DNA from: a virus
Lineage: Duplodnaviria; Caudoviricetes
Length of the DNA stretch: 37,804 nt
Strand: one strand, 5' to 3'
IMG/VR virus record: IMGVR_UViG_3300021082_000065
Location: 1-37,804 of that record
In this document: positions 1 through 7,050 of the stretch, in pieces
Numbering within the stretch: position 1 is the first letter of the stretch
Layout: each line of letters opens with the position of its first letter
Program-made: the position numbers and the translations under genes
Notes under the pieces: generated by a model
What the model was told of the DNA's origin: nothing
What the model saw: the letters and a program-made list of their open reading frames with translations, nothing else
The model's database searches: none

Positions 1-548
1 GTGCCGGTGGGCGGCGTGGCGGGCGGAGGCGTCGAGGTGACCGGCGGGACGGTGGTGGGCGGCGGGACGGTCGTGTCGGGTGGCGTCGTGCAGCCGGTCC
101 CGTTCTCGATCCACGGTCCGCCGATGCGCCCCTGAGCCTGCCCGTTGCCGGTGAACACCGCCTTCACGTCCAGCTGGCCTGCCCGGCACGGCGCGGAGTC
201 GGTGAGCACGATGTTGACCTGGCCGGGCGCCATGACGCCCTGGGCCGCGTCGCTGCTCCCGCCGGCGCCGGAGATGCCCTCGTGGTGCACGATCCGCACC
301 GGGGTGGGCACCTGGCGGGGAGCGGCCAGGTGGATGAGGACCGACACCGTCGACCCGTTGGCCGACACGACCGCCGAGAAGGTGGACCCGTCGATCACCT
401 TCGGCGGCAGGCCGCACGTGTAGGGGACGGGCTGGGGGGCTGCGCTCTGCCCGCCGCAGTTCGACAGGGCGTGGGCCTGGGACGACTCGCAGGCCCCCCA
501 GCCGACCGCGAGGAGGGCGAGGGCCGGGACGGCGTGACGGGTTCTCAT
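1..548 (-). CDS. N-terminal part of a secreted LPxTG cell-wall-anchored protein (continues at 37804..37657; about 231 aa in total)
   Basis: Translated by hand: MRTRHAVPALALLAVGWGACESSQAHA... signal peptide, Cys-containing domain, Pro/Thr-rich stalk (TTPPDTTVPPPTTVPP). ATG overlaps the upstream stop (ATGA). Absent from the ORF track because it runs off the edge. Confidence 0.8.
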   Translation of the reverse strand, partial: MRTRHAVPALALLAVGWGACESSQAHALSNCGGQSAAPQPVPYTCGLPPKVIDGSTFSAVVSANGSTVSVLIHLAAPRQVPTPVRIVHHEGISGAGGSSDAAQGVMAPGQVNIVLTDSAPCRAGQLDVKAVFTGNGQAQGRIGGPWIENGTGCTTPPDTTVPPPTTVPPVTSTPPPATPPTG

Positions 549-811
549 AGCTGGCCTTTCGTGGCTTCGTGGCTTCGGAGGTGGGTGATGGCGGTCAGCG
601 GGTCGTCGAAGGTGACGCCGCACTCGATGCAGCGGCAGGAGAAACCGGCCAGGTCGATGTCGCGCTCCTGGTAGTGGCGCAGCTCGACCGCGTAGGAGTC
701 CCGGGCCTGCTCGGCGGCATGGAGCCGCTGGCGCAGGTCGACGATCACCTCGGCGACGATCCCGGCGACCTGGCCGACGGCGACCCCGGCGCAGATGGCG
801 AGCGGGTTCAT
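545..811 (-). CDS. Small protein with N-terminal hydrophobic segment, coiled coil and C2H2-type Zn finger
   Basis: CIECGVTFDDPLTAITHLRSH matches CxxC-x12-HxxxH; start re-called at 811 from the ATGA overlap. Confidence 0.7.
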   Translation of the reverse strand: MNPLAICAGVAVGQVAGIVAEVIVDLRQRLHAAEQARDSYAVELRHYQERDIDLAGFSCRCIECGVTFDDPLTAITHLRSHEATKGQL

Positions 812-1002
812 CCGAGCCACCCGGCCCAGATCGGGGACTGGGCGAACATCCAGGCCCACGCGACGGCGATGACCACCTTGGTGGAGCGGGGGGCGAAGGT
901 GCGCAGCACGGCGACGTCGAGGACGATGACCACCAGGAGGAGGGCGACGGAGGCGCCGCCGATGGCCCAGGCCCAGACCATGAGGTTGTCTGGGGTGATC
1001 AC
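808..1002 (-). CDS. Small two-TM membrane protein
   Basis: Two hydrophobic helices; overlaps both neighbours by 4 nt. Confidence 0.65.
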   Translation of the reverse strand: MITPDNLMVWAWAIGGASVALLLVVIVLDVAVLRTFAPRSTKVVIAVAWAWMFAQSPIWAGWLG

Positions 1003-1181
1003 GCCGCGCTCCCGGACTCGATCAGGTCGTCGACGTCCTCACGGCGGAAGCGGTACTCGCCGCTCGGGAGCTTGACGGCGGGGATCTTCCCCTCCCGGGC
1101 CCAGCGGCGAACCGTCCGGGGCTCGACACGGAGAAGGTCAGCGACTTCCTGCTGTACGAGGAGTGCCGGTGCGTCCTGCAT
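999..1181 (-). CDS. Excisionase/Cro-like winged HTH DNA-binding protein
   Basis: LLVQQEVADLLRVEPRTVRRWAREGKIPAVKLPSGEYRFRREDV is typical of the Xis/MerR-like HTH family. Start at 1181 because the ATG at 1190 lies inside the -10 element. Confidence 0.88.
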   Translation of the reverse strand: MQDAPALLVQQEVADLLRVEPRTVRRWAREGKIPAVKLPSGEYRFRREDVDDLIESGSAA

Positions 1182-1188
1182 GGGACGC

Positions 1189-1217
1189 ATAGTACGTCAG
1201 TGGACAGATACGGTCAA
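1189..1217 (-). promoter_or_regulatory. Leftward early SigA-type promoter, leaderless transcript
   Basis: TTGACC-17 nt-TACTAT, then 7 nt to the ATG at 1181. Confidence 0.8.
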
Positions 1218-1245
1218 CTGCTACCCGTCGGCAACATGACAGGTA

Positions 1246-1275
1246 GTGACAGAGAGTGACGATCTGTCCTATGGT
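1246..1275 (+). promoter_or_regulatory. Rightward repressor promoter, leaderless
   Basis: GTGACA-18 nt-TATGGT, then 6 nt to the ATG at 1282. Confidence 0.6.
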
Positions 1276-1281
1276 GGACGC

Positions 1282-1602
1282 ATGAGCACGGTGATGACGA
1301 CGGTGGAGCACAGCGAGCCGGCATGGACGCTGGGCGAGAAGATCGCCAAGGCGCGCAAGCTGGCCGGGCTCAGCCAGATCGGGCTGGCCAGCGCTGTCGG
1401 GGTGTCGGCGTCCCTGGTCAGCAAGTGGGAGAGCGACACCCGTGAGCCCCGGCTCTCCCAGATCAGGACCATCGAGGCGGTGTGCCCCGTCCCCCCGGAC
1501 TGGCTCGTCAGAAGTAGATGCTCTGTGCCCAAAAGGCTGATCAGGCACATGCCGCGTAGCGCCAAGCGCACCGCCCTGCGTGGCCTGAGCGCCACGGCGT
1601 GA
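1282..1602 (+). CDS. XRE-family HTH immunity repressor
   Basis: WTLGEKIAKARKLAGLSQIGLASAVGVSASLVSKWESDTREP; divergent from the Cro/Xis gene and upstream of the integrase. Confidence 0.88.
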   Translation: MSTVMTTVEHSEPAWTLGEKIAKARKLAGLSQIGLASAVGVSASLVSKWESDTREPRLSQIRTIEAVCPVPPDWLVRSRCSVPKRLIRHMPRSAKRTALRGLSATA

Positions 1603-1603
1603 A

Positions 1604-1627
1604 GCCTGAGCGGCCGGCCGCTCAGGC
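1604..1627. repeat. Perfect 24-bp palindrome between repressor and integrase
   Basis: GCCTGAGCGGCCGGCCGCTCAGGC is its own reverse complement. Confidence 0.9.
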
Positions 1628-1673
1628 GGGTCGATGCGGGAAGGCGGTCTCCCCTGGTGGACAGGGTTTCGAC

Positions 1674-2660
1674 ATGGTCCAGTTGCTGGTCATGGGGCTG
1701 GACGTGGTGCTGGAGGGCTTCCGGGTGGCCCAGGAGCGCCGAGGGCTGCTCCCCACGACCATCGAGGCCCGGGAGGTGCAGCTGCGGTGCTGGGCCGCCT
1801 GGCTGGCCCCTGGGAGCATCGTGGAGGCCGCCAGCGACGAGCTCGAGGCCTTCCTCGACGACCGGGGCCTGGCGGCCAAGACCCGCTACGGCTGGCTGTC
1901 GAACCTCCACGCCTTCTACGGCTGGGCCCAGCGGCTGGAGCCGGCCATCGTCGACCCGACAGCGGCGCTGGACCGGCCACGACTGCGCCAGGGCCTGCCG
2001 CGGCCGATGACCGACTCGGACCTCGAGCGGGCGCTGGGCGCCGGCGGGCCGGTGCAGCGAGCCGCGGTGATGCTGGGCGCCTACACCGGGCTGCGCTGCG
2101 CGGAGATCGCCTGGCTGGAGCGGGACTGGCTGGACGAGGACCGGGAGGTGGTGCGGGTCTTCGGGAAGGGGGCCAAGACCAGGGTGGTGGCGCTGCACCC
2201 GGCGGCGCGCGAGGCGCTGGTGGTGATGGGGATGCCCCGTGCTGGGCGGGTGTTCCGCCGGCCGTCGGGTGGGCCGTTCACCCCGGAGCAGCTGTCACGC
2301 TGGATGAACGTCTGGCTGCACTCCATCGGGGTCTCGGCCACCATGCACCAGCTGCGCCACTGGTTCGCCACCGAGGCCTACCGGGCCAGCAAGGACCTGC
2401 GCGCCGTGCAGGAGCTGCTCGGACACTCCACGCCGACGGTGACCGCGGTCTACACCAAGCTGGACGGCGAGGGCGGCCGGGCCGCGGTGCGGGGGCTGCC
2501 GTTGGTGGTGGGGGCCTCAGCGCCCGAGCAGGTCCTGCACCAGCCAGAACCGGCCATCACGGACGGTGACCCCCACTCCGGCCTCGGAGTAGGCGGGGTT
2601 GACCATGTTGGCCCGGTGGCCGGGCGAGCCTTCGAGCTGAGCCTGGGCGGCGGCCAGTGA
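1674..2660 (+). CDS. int: Tyrosine recombinase/integrase (compact, XerC-like, no obvious arm-binding domain)
   Basis: Catalytic motifs GLRCAEI, GKGAK, HQLRH, LLGHS and VYT. Start uncertain (1599, 1674 or 1692). Confidence 0.92.
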   Translation: MVQLLVMGLDVVLEGFRVAQERRGLLPTTIEAREVQLRCWAAWLAPGSIVEAASDELEAFLDDRGLAAKTRYGWLSNLHAFYGWAQRLEPAIVDPTAALDRPRLRQGLPRPMTDSDLERALGAGGPVQRAAVMLGAYTGLRCAEIAWLERDWLDEDREVVRVFGKGAKTRVVALHPAAREALVVMGMPRAGRVFRRPSGGPFTPEQLSRWMNVWLHSIGVSATMHQLRHWFATEAYRASKDLRAVQELLGHSTPTVTAVYTKLDGEGGRAAVRGLPLVVGASAPEQVLHQPEPAITDGDPHSGLGVGGVDHVGPVAGRAFELSLGGGQ

Positions 2661-3050
2661 CTCCGACACCGCCACGTTCTCACCGATGGCCTGCCATCCC
2701 GGCGCCAGCCCGTCGGGCAGGGTGGAGTGCGAGAGGCGCCCCTCGTCGGCCATGTGCGCCGACCAGTCCTGAGCCTTCACCATGAGCTCGGCCGTGGGGA
2801 CCAGGTCAGGGCCGCGGAAGGTGTTGAGCCTGGAGAAGGCCTCCAGCTGGTTGTTGGAGACGGTGCCCGGCGCCGGCGGGGTGGAGCAGGAGCCGATGCG
2901 CCCGAGCAGGAGGGCGGCGACGAGGGCGATGGAGATGACCGACACCCGCCGCCGGGACAGCCACTTCTCGTCGATCGGCTTCGACGGCGGGAGCTTGACC
3001 AGCCGGAAGCCGACCGAGCCGCGCTCGGGGTCGTTCACATCCATGACCAC
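2517..3050 (-). CDS. Membrane-anchored CAP/SCP-domain protein
   Basis: N-terminal TM helix, then AQDWSAHMA...LSHS...GENVA...SPGHRANMVNPAYSEAGVGV. Confidence 0.85.
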   Translation of the reverse strand: MVMDVNDPERGSVGFRLVKLPPSKPIDEKWLSRRRVSVISIALVAALLLGRIGSCSTPPAPGTVSNNQLEAFSRLNTFRGPDLVPTAELMVKAQDWSAHMADEGRLSHSTLPDGLAPGWQAIGENVAVSESLAAAQAQLEGSPGHRANMVNPAYSEAGVGVTVRDGRFWLVQDLLGR

Positions 3051-3272
3051 TCATGGTGGTCGGGTGTCGTGGACCTCGATCCAGTGGACAGGGACGCCGA
3101 GCGCCGCGGCGAGGCGCGCTCGTAGCGCCGGGTTGCGCTTGGCGCGACGCTGCCCGGAGAGCAGCATCGAGACGTATCCTCTGCTCGTGTGGGACCGCTC
3201 GGCCAGCTGGGCGGCGTTGAGGCCGGACCGGTCGAGGGCGAGGTGCAAAGCATGACGGTCGACACCAGGCAT
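3051..3272 (-). CDS. Small XRE-family HTH regulator
   Basis: ALDRSGLNAAQLAERSHTSRGYVSMLLSGQR...LAAALGVPVHWI; start re-called. Confidence 0.8.
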   Translation of the reverse strand: MPGVDRHALHLALDRSGLNAAQLAERSHTSRGYVSMLLSGQRRAKRNPALRARLAAALGVPVHWIEVHDTRPP

Positions 3273-3281
3273 GATGCCGGA

Positions 3282-3346
3282 ATGTTCACACATCGACGCC
3301 GGAAAGTGGCGCATGGTCTGGTTCTGGCGTTCGCATGTGTGAACAT
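3282..3346. repeat. 12-bp perfect inverted repeat (operator pair or hairpin)
   Basis: ATGTTCACACAT (3282-3293) and ATGTGTGAACAT (3335-3346), with further imperfect pairing inside. Confidence 0.8.
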
Positions 3347-3620
3347 CATGAGCCTGGCCGTGGCTTGCGGGTCGAACGTGAAGACGTCCCCGTCGACGCG
3401 GCAGGCGTGCCTCAAGACCCAGCTCCTGCTCGACGACCTCGACACCCTGGACAACGTCGAGATCAGGGGGCGGATCAAGGCGATCAACGACTCGGCGGAA
3501 GCCTCGGAGATCACTGTGATCAGGGAAGGGGCGAGGGCGCTGCTGGTCGCCGCCACGCAGGACTCGGATCCTCTGCCGCCCATGAAGCGGCTCATCGCCG
3601 GCTGCCAGAGCGTCGGCTAG
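3282..3620 (+). CDS. Putative lipoprotein (possible superinfection-exclusion moron)
   Basis: Basic n-region (RRRK), hydrophobic stretch, lipobox-like LAVA-C; GC-rich third codon positions; start uncertain. Confidence 0.6.
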   Translation: MFTHRRRKVAHGLVLAFACVNIMSLAVACGSNVKTSPSTRQACLKTQLLLDDLDTLDNVEIRGRIKAINDSAEASEITVIREGARALLVAATQDSDPLPPMKRLIAGCQSVG

Positions 3621-3973
3621 GACACCTGGGCGACGATGGGCATGGTGAACTGCAGCTTGCGCTGCTTGGTGCCGATGGTGGCCGACAGCTCCATCAGGTA
3701 GTCCCCGCCCTGGGTCAGCAGGCCCAGATCGCCGGCCAGCCAGGCGATCGTGGCTGAGGCGACCGTCTTCGACCCGACCGCTCCGGTGACGCCGGTCGAC
3801 TTGGCGAACATGAGCTGCCCCCACGGCGCCCGGCACTCCACCAGCCAGACCGATGCGCTGGACAGGTCGAGGTAGACGCCGTCCTCTTGCCAGAAGATGC
3901 CGGTGTCGGGCAGGAGCGCGCCGGCGATCCGTTCGTCGGTGCGGGGCGGCTCGTTGAAGCAGGTGGAGGTCAT
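3617..3973 (-). CDS. Putative virion structural protein (beta-rich, BppU-N-like)
   Basis: Last gene of the late operon; IAWLAGDL...GDYLMEL pattern resembles baseplate upper-protein N-terminal domains (by eye). Confidence 0.5.
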   Translation of the reverse strand: MTSTCFNEPPRTDERIAGALLPDTGIFWQEDGVYLDLSSASVWLVECRAPWGQLMFAKSTGVTGAVGSKTVASATIAWLAGDLGLLTQGGDYLMELSATIGTKQRKLQFTMPIVAQVS

Positions 3974-3980
3974 GGCGAGG

Positions 3981-5738
3981 TCAGCTCCTGGCTAGGACTA
4001 GCAGGCTGGTGTCGACATCCAGGCCGGCTTCGGTGGTGACGGTGAGGCGGGCCACGATGGCCTCGAGGCGGGCCGAGGTGCGCACGAGCAGCCGAGCGGA
4101 GGTGGCCACCTCGAGACGCTCGGCTGCGTTGGGGTCAGCGACGACCGGGTTGGCGACGACCCCTGTGGCGGTGGCGGTGTCGTTTGCTTCGGTGCGGGTG
4201 AGGGTGCCGGTGACGGGATTGGCCGCCACGCCGGCCGCTGCAAGGACATCATTGGCTTCTGTGCGGGCCAGGGAGCCGCTGACCGGGTTGGCTGCGGCCC
4301 CGGTTGCGGTGGCGGTGTCCGAGGCCTCTGTGCGGGACAGGGCGCCGGCGATGAGGACGGTGACGGTTCCGCTGGCGCCAGTGGTGTCGTTTGCCTCCGT
4401 CTGGGCAATGGTGCCGGTGACCCCGGAGACCGAGGTGCCCGACGCGACGCACGTGTCGTTCGCCTCCGTTCGGGCAAGGGTCCCGGTGACCGGGTTGGCG
4501 ACCAGGCCGGCCACTGCGGCGGTGTCGTTCGTCTCGGTCTGGGCCAGGCTGCCGGTGAACGACTCGACGCCTGTCGCGGTCGCCGTGTCGTTGGCCTCTG
4601 TCCGAGCGACCGTGCCGGTGATCGGATTGGCCACGACACCAGTGGCCGCGGCGGTGTCGTTGGCCTCCGTCTGGGCCAGCGCGCCGGTGATCCCGGTGAT
4701 GGAGCTCCCGGAGGCGACGCAGGTGTCATTGCCCTCGGTGCTTGCGACGGTGCCGGTGAAGGACTCGACCCCGACCGCTGCGGCCGTGTCGTTGCCTTCC
4801 GTCCGGGCCAGGGTGCCGGTGATCGGGTTTGCCACCGTCCCCGCTGCCACCACCGTGTCATTGCCCTCGGTCTGAGCAAGCGCGCCGGTGAAGGTCTCGA
4901 CTCCAGCCGCTGCAGAGGTGTCGTTGCCTTCGGTGCGGGCCAGCGTCCCAGTGACCGGGTTGGCCACCGCCCCTGCTGCGCCGGCCGTGTCGTTCGCCTC
5001 GGTCCGGGCGAGGGTGCCGGTGAACGTCTCGGTTCCGGTCGCCGCCGAGGTGTCGTTGGCTTCCGTCCTGGCGAGCGTCCCGGTGACCGCCGGCGGGCCG
5101 GTGGCCTCGGCGATCTCCACCGCAATACCCTGGTGACGGACATTGGAAGACCACGTCGCAGATGCCGTCGTCTCGAAGGCGTCGGTCCGATGCTGAAACT
5201 CGTAGCCCATGTTCGGGGCCGAACCATTGAAGTCAGCCAGCTCAGTCCAACTAGCCCGAGGCGTTGTCACCTCGTTGGCCCTATGGGCTATGAAGAAGCT
5301 GGCCCTCGAGGTGGACGCAACCGGGGATGCCAGCGTCACCGTCTCGGACGTAGCCGATCCCGTATCGCCCGGGCCTCCAGCTACCACCATCTGCGGCATC
5401 GGAGTCGTCAGGTTCGCCCCGACATCACCCATCACCACCCAGCACAACCCGATGGCCGCAGCCCCACAGGTCAGCGTCAACACCCCGGGCGTAGGCGCAG
5501 AACCCCCTGTGATAGCCGTGGACAGGCCCATGGCCCGCCCACCGTCACTCAGGTACTGCTTCTTGGTCCAGGTCAGCCCCAGCCCGGTGACGGTGACATC
5601 AGGGCCGGTGCTGCTGCCAGCCGATGACCAGTAAACCCGGATGTGGGTGTTGGCCGCCGGGGAGATCGACGCCGTCGTGTAGACGGTGAGGTCGGTGTGG
5701 TCCAGGTTGGCGGTGAGGACCGACGAGACGAGGGCCAT
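3981..5738 (-). CDS. Repeat-rich fibre/spike-like virion protein (585 aa)
   Basis: N-terminal ~215-aa beta-rich domain followed by 14 tandem 21/23-aa repeats. Confidence 0.75.
   Translation of the reverse strand: MALVSSVLTANLDHTDLTVYTTASISPAANTHIRVYWSSAGSSTGPDVTVTGLGLTWTKKQYLSDGGRAMGLSTAITGGSAPTPGVLTLTCGAAAIGLCWVVMGDVGANLTTPMPQMVVAGGPGDTGSATSETVTLASPVASTSRASFFIAHRANEVTTPRASWTELADFNGSAPNMGYEFQHRTDAFETTASATWSSNVRHQGIAVEIAEATGPPAVTGTLARTEANDTSAATGTETFTGTLARTEANDTAGAAGAVANPVTGTLARTEGNDTSAAAGVETFTGALAQTEGNDTVVAAGTVANPITGTLARTEGNDTAAAVGVESFTGTVASTEGNDTCVASGSSITGITGALAQTEANDTAAATGVVANPITGTVARTEANDTATATGVESFTGSLAQTETNDTAAVAGLVANPVTGTLARTEANDTCVASGTSVSGVTGTIAQTEANDTTGASGTVTVLIAGALSRTEASDTATATGAAANPVSGSLARTEANDVLAAAGVAANPVTGTLTRTEANDTATATGVVANPVVADPNAAERLEVATSARLLVRTSARLEAIVARLTVTTEAGLDVDTSLLVLARS
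4146..5087 (-). repeat. 14 tandem coding repeats of 63 or 69 nt, consensus (V/F/I)TGTLARTE(A/G)NDTAAATG(VET/VVANP)
   Basis: Counted in the translation: 4 x 21 aa + 10 x 23 aa = 314 aa. Confidence 0.9.
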
Positions 5739-5758
5739 GGTCTAGCCCTCCTGGCGGC

Positions 5759-6154
5759 TCAGGGGTTCCCGGTGGTGATCACGAACGACGTGACCGCGAC
5801 GTTGGCCCCGGTCACGATGCTGGTGGTGTTGAGGTTCAGGTCCGCGCCGGAGGTGCCCACGGTGCCGTCCATCACGATCGTGGTGCCGTCCGTCTTGAAC
5901 AGCCGGAACCAGGTGGCGGTGCCGGTGGCGTCGGCGGAGGCGTCCGCGGTGATGGCGTTCAGGGTGAGCACGCCCCCGGACGCGGCCGGGGCGAAGGTGG
6001 CGTTGCAGACGAGCTGCGCCAGCTGGGTGGTGGCAGTGCCGCCGGTCGCCGGCTGGGCGCCGGAGTAGATGCTCAGCTTGGCGGTGGTGCCGGCGAAGGT
6101 GGTGATGGCGTCGAGGCGGGCGTTGCGCAGGGCGGTGATGTAGCCGAGGGCCAT
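5759..6154 (-). CDS. Small virion structural protein (tail-fibre-associated type)
   Basis: LRNARLDAI...IYSGAQP...ATGTATWFRL...DGTVGTSGADL, a pattern I recognise from phage structural proteins that precede fibre genes. Confidence 0.7.
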   Translation of the reverse strand: MALGYITALRNARLDAITTFAGTTAKLSIYSGAQPATGGTATTQLAQLVCNATFAPAASGGVLTLNAITADASADATGTATWFRLFKTDGTTIVMDGTVGTSGADLNLNTTSIVTGANVAVTSFVITTGNP

Positions 6155-6264
6155 CAGTTGTCCTCGGACTCAGTCTCGTCGGGATCCACGTCCGCGTCCT
6201 CGTCGGGCTCAGGGTTGGTCACGATGCCGACGGCTTCGATGGTGAGGTCCTCGGGGTCGGTCAC
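6154..6264 (-). CDS. 36-aa acidic peptide
   Basis: MTDPEDLTIEAVGIVTNPEPDEDADVDPDETESEDN; GAAAGGGG RBS, TGATG coupling to the next gene. Confidence 0.6.
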   Translation of the reverse strand: MTDPEDLTIEAVGIVTNPEPDEDADVDPDETESEDN

Positions 6265-6380
6265 GGGTGCCCCTTTCGTGGGGTCAGACATGGCGGATGA
6301 GCCAGATGACGCCGAGGACCAGGAATGGCGATGACCAGCAGGCCGACGATCCCCCCGGCGTAGACGACGTCGGCGAGCAT
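6261..6380 (-). CDS. Small membrane peptide, possibly carrying a 1-nt insertion
   Basis: MLADVVYAGGIVGLLVIA...; TGATG-coupled to the holin; the hydrophobic helix continues in another frame (LVLGVIWLIRHV, stop at 6284). Confidence 0.45.
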   Translation of the reverse strand: MLADVVYAGGIVGLLVIAIPGPRRHLAHPPCLTPRKGHP

Positions 6381-6553
6381 CAGCCCGCGGCGGGCTTGTT
6401 GGGGACGAGGTAGACGAGGACGGCGGAGAGGAACGCGCCGGCGATCAGCTTCTTCTCATCGTCGGTGACCTCGCCGTCGGTGATGACGGTCGAGACGGTC
6501 GTGAGGACCGCGATGGCGACTGCCACGATCGCCTTGAGGTAGGGCTTCAACAT
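6380..6553 (-). CDS. Holin (two TM helices)
   Basis: MLKPYLKAIVAVAIA...DGEVT...LVYLVPNK, actinophage holin pattern; GGAGG RBS. Confidence 0.8.
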   Translation of the reverse strand: MLKPYLKAIVAVAIAVLTTVSTVITDGEVTDDEKKLIAGAFLSAVLVYLVPNKPAAG

Positions 6554-6580
6554 GGGCGAAAGACCTCCTGGGTCCCCACC

Positions 6581-6604
6581 ATCGTCGTGGTGCTGCGTTG
6601 ACCT
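6581..6604 (-). promoter_or_regulatory. Putative late promoter (holin/fibre block)
   Basis: AGGTCAAC-N10-GACGAT. Confidence 0.7.
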
Positions 6605-6606
6605 GG

Positions 6607-7050
6607 TCAGGGAAGAGCCAGCCAGGCGTCCTCGCAGGCAGCTCGAGCGACCCGCTCGGTGAGCATCGCCATGATCTCGGCGTCCAGGTTGAGGCGGGTC
6701 GCTCGCAGCTGGGTGTAGACCGAGGTGCGGACGGCTTCGCGGGTGGGGGCGCTGACCACGGTCGTGCAGACGAGGCGGGCGAGCTGGTTGAGGGCGACGA
6801 GCGTCCGGGTGGGGGCGACGGTCACCCGTTCGGCCTCGGAGATGACCCCGTCGTTGTGCTCGGCGGAGAGTGGCACGGTCGTCGTGGTCGTCGTGGCGAG
6901 GCTCGTGCTCGTCGTCGTCGTTGGGTCGGTGGAGCCGTGCTCGGCTGACATCAGCAACATGGCCACCAGGGCGACCAGCAGGACGGCGGAGACGGCGAGG
7001 GCTGCCACCCGGTAGATCTGCACGCACTCACACCGTCGAGGCTCGGTCAT
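6607..7050 (-). CDS. Membrane-anchored protein with Thr-rich linker and two-Cys helical domain
   Basis: TM helix, TTTTSTSLATTTTTT linker; start re-called at MTEPRR. Confidence 0.65.
   Translation of the reverse strand: MTEPRRCECVQIYRVAALAVSAVLLVALVAMLLMSAEHGSTDPTTTTSTSLATTTTTTVPLSAEHNDGVISEAERVTVAPTRTLVALNQLARLVCTTVVSAPTREAVRTSVYTQLRATRLNLDAEIMAMLTERVARAACEDAWLALP

Noticed and set aside
213-220. A seventh AGGTCAAC (minus strand)
   Set aside because: It lies inside coding sequence (Gln-Val-Asn) and the hexamer 10 nt downstream is CCGACT, lacking the invariant A. It serves as a negative control for the promoter motif.
1212-1218. GGTCAAC on the plus strand in the immunity region
   Set aside because: It is the reverse complement of the TTGACC -35 box of the early promoter, lacks the leading A and has no properly spaced -10.
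1505-1525. AGAAGTAGATGCTCT resembles the antisense of a tRNA D-stem/anticodon region (possible attP core)
   Set aside because: The match is short, the spacing is off by one and no anticodon stem forms; it cannot be called without a host sequence.
3335-3757. Alternative plus-strand ORF starting MCEH at the inverted repeat
   Set aside because: Poor codon pattern and overlap with 3617-3973; the frame ending at 3620 has the better codon bias and a lipobox.
4146-5087. Tandem DNA repeats as a CRISPR array or DGR template/variable repeats
   Set aside because: The repeats are in-frame, degenerate at third positions and have no spacers; no cas or reverse transcriptase gene is present.
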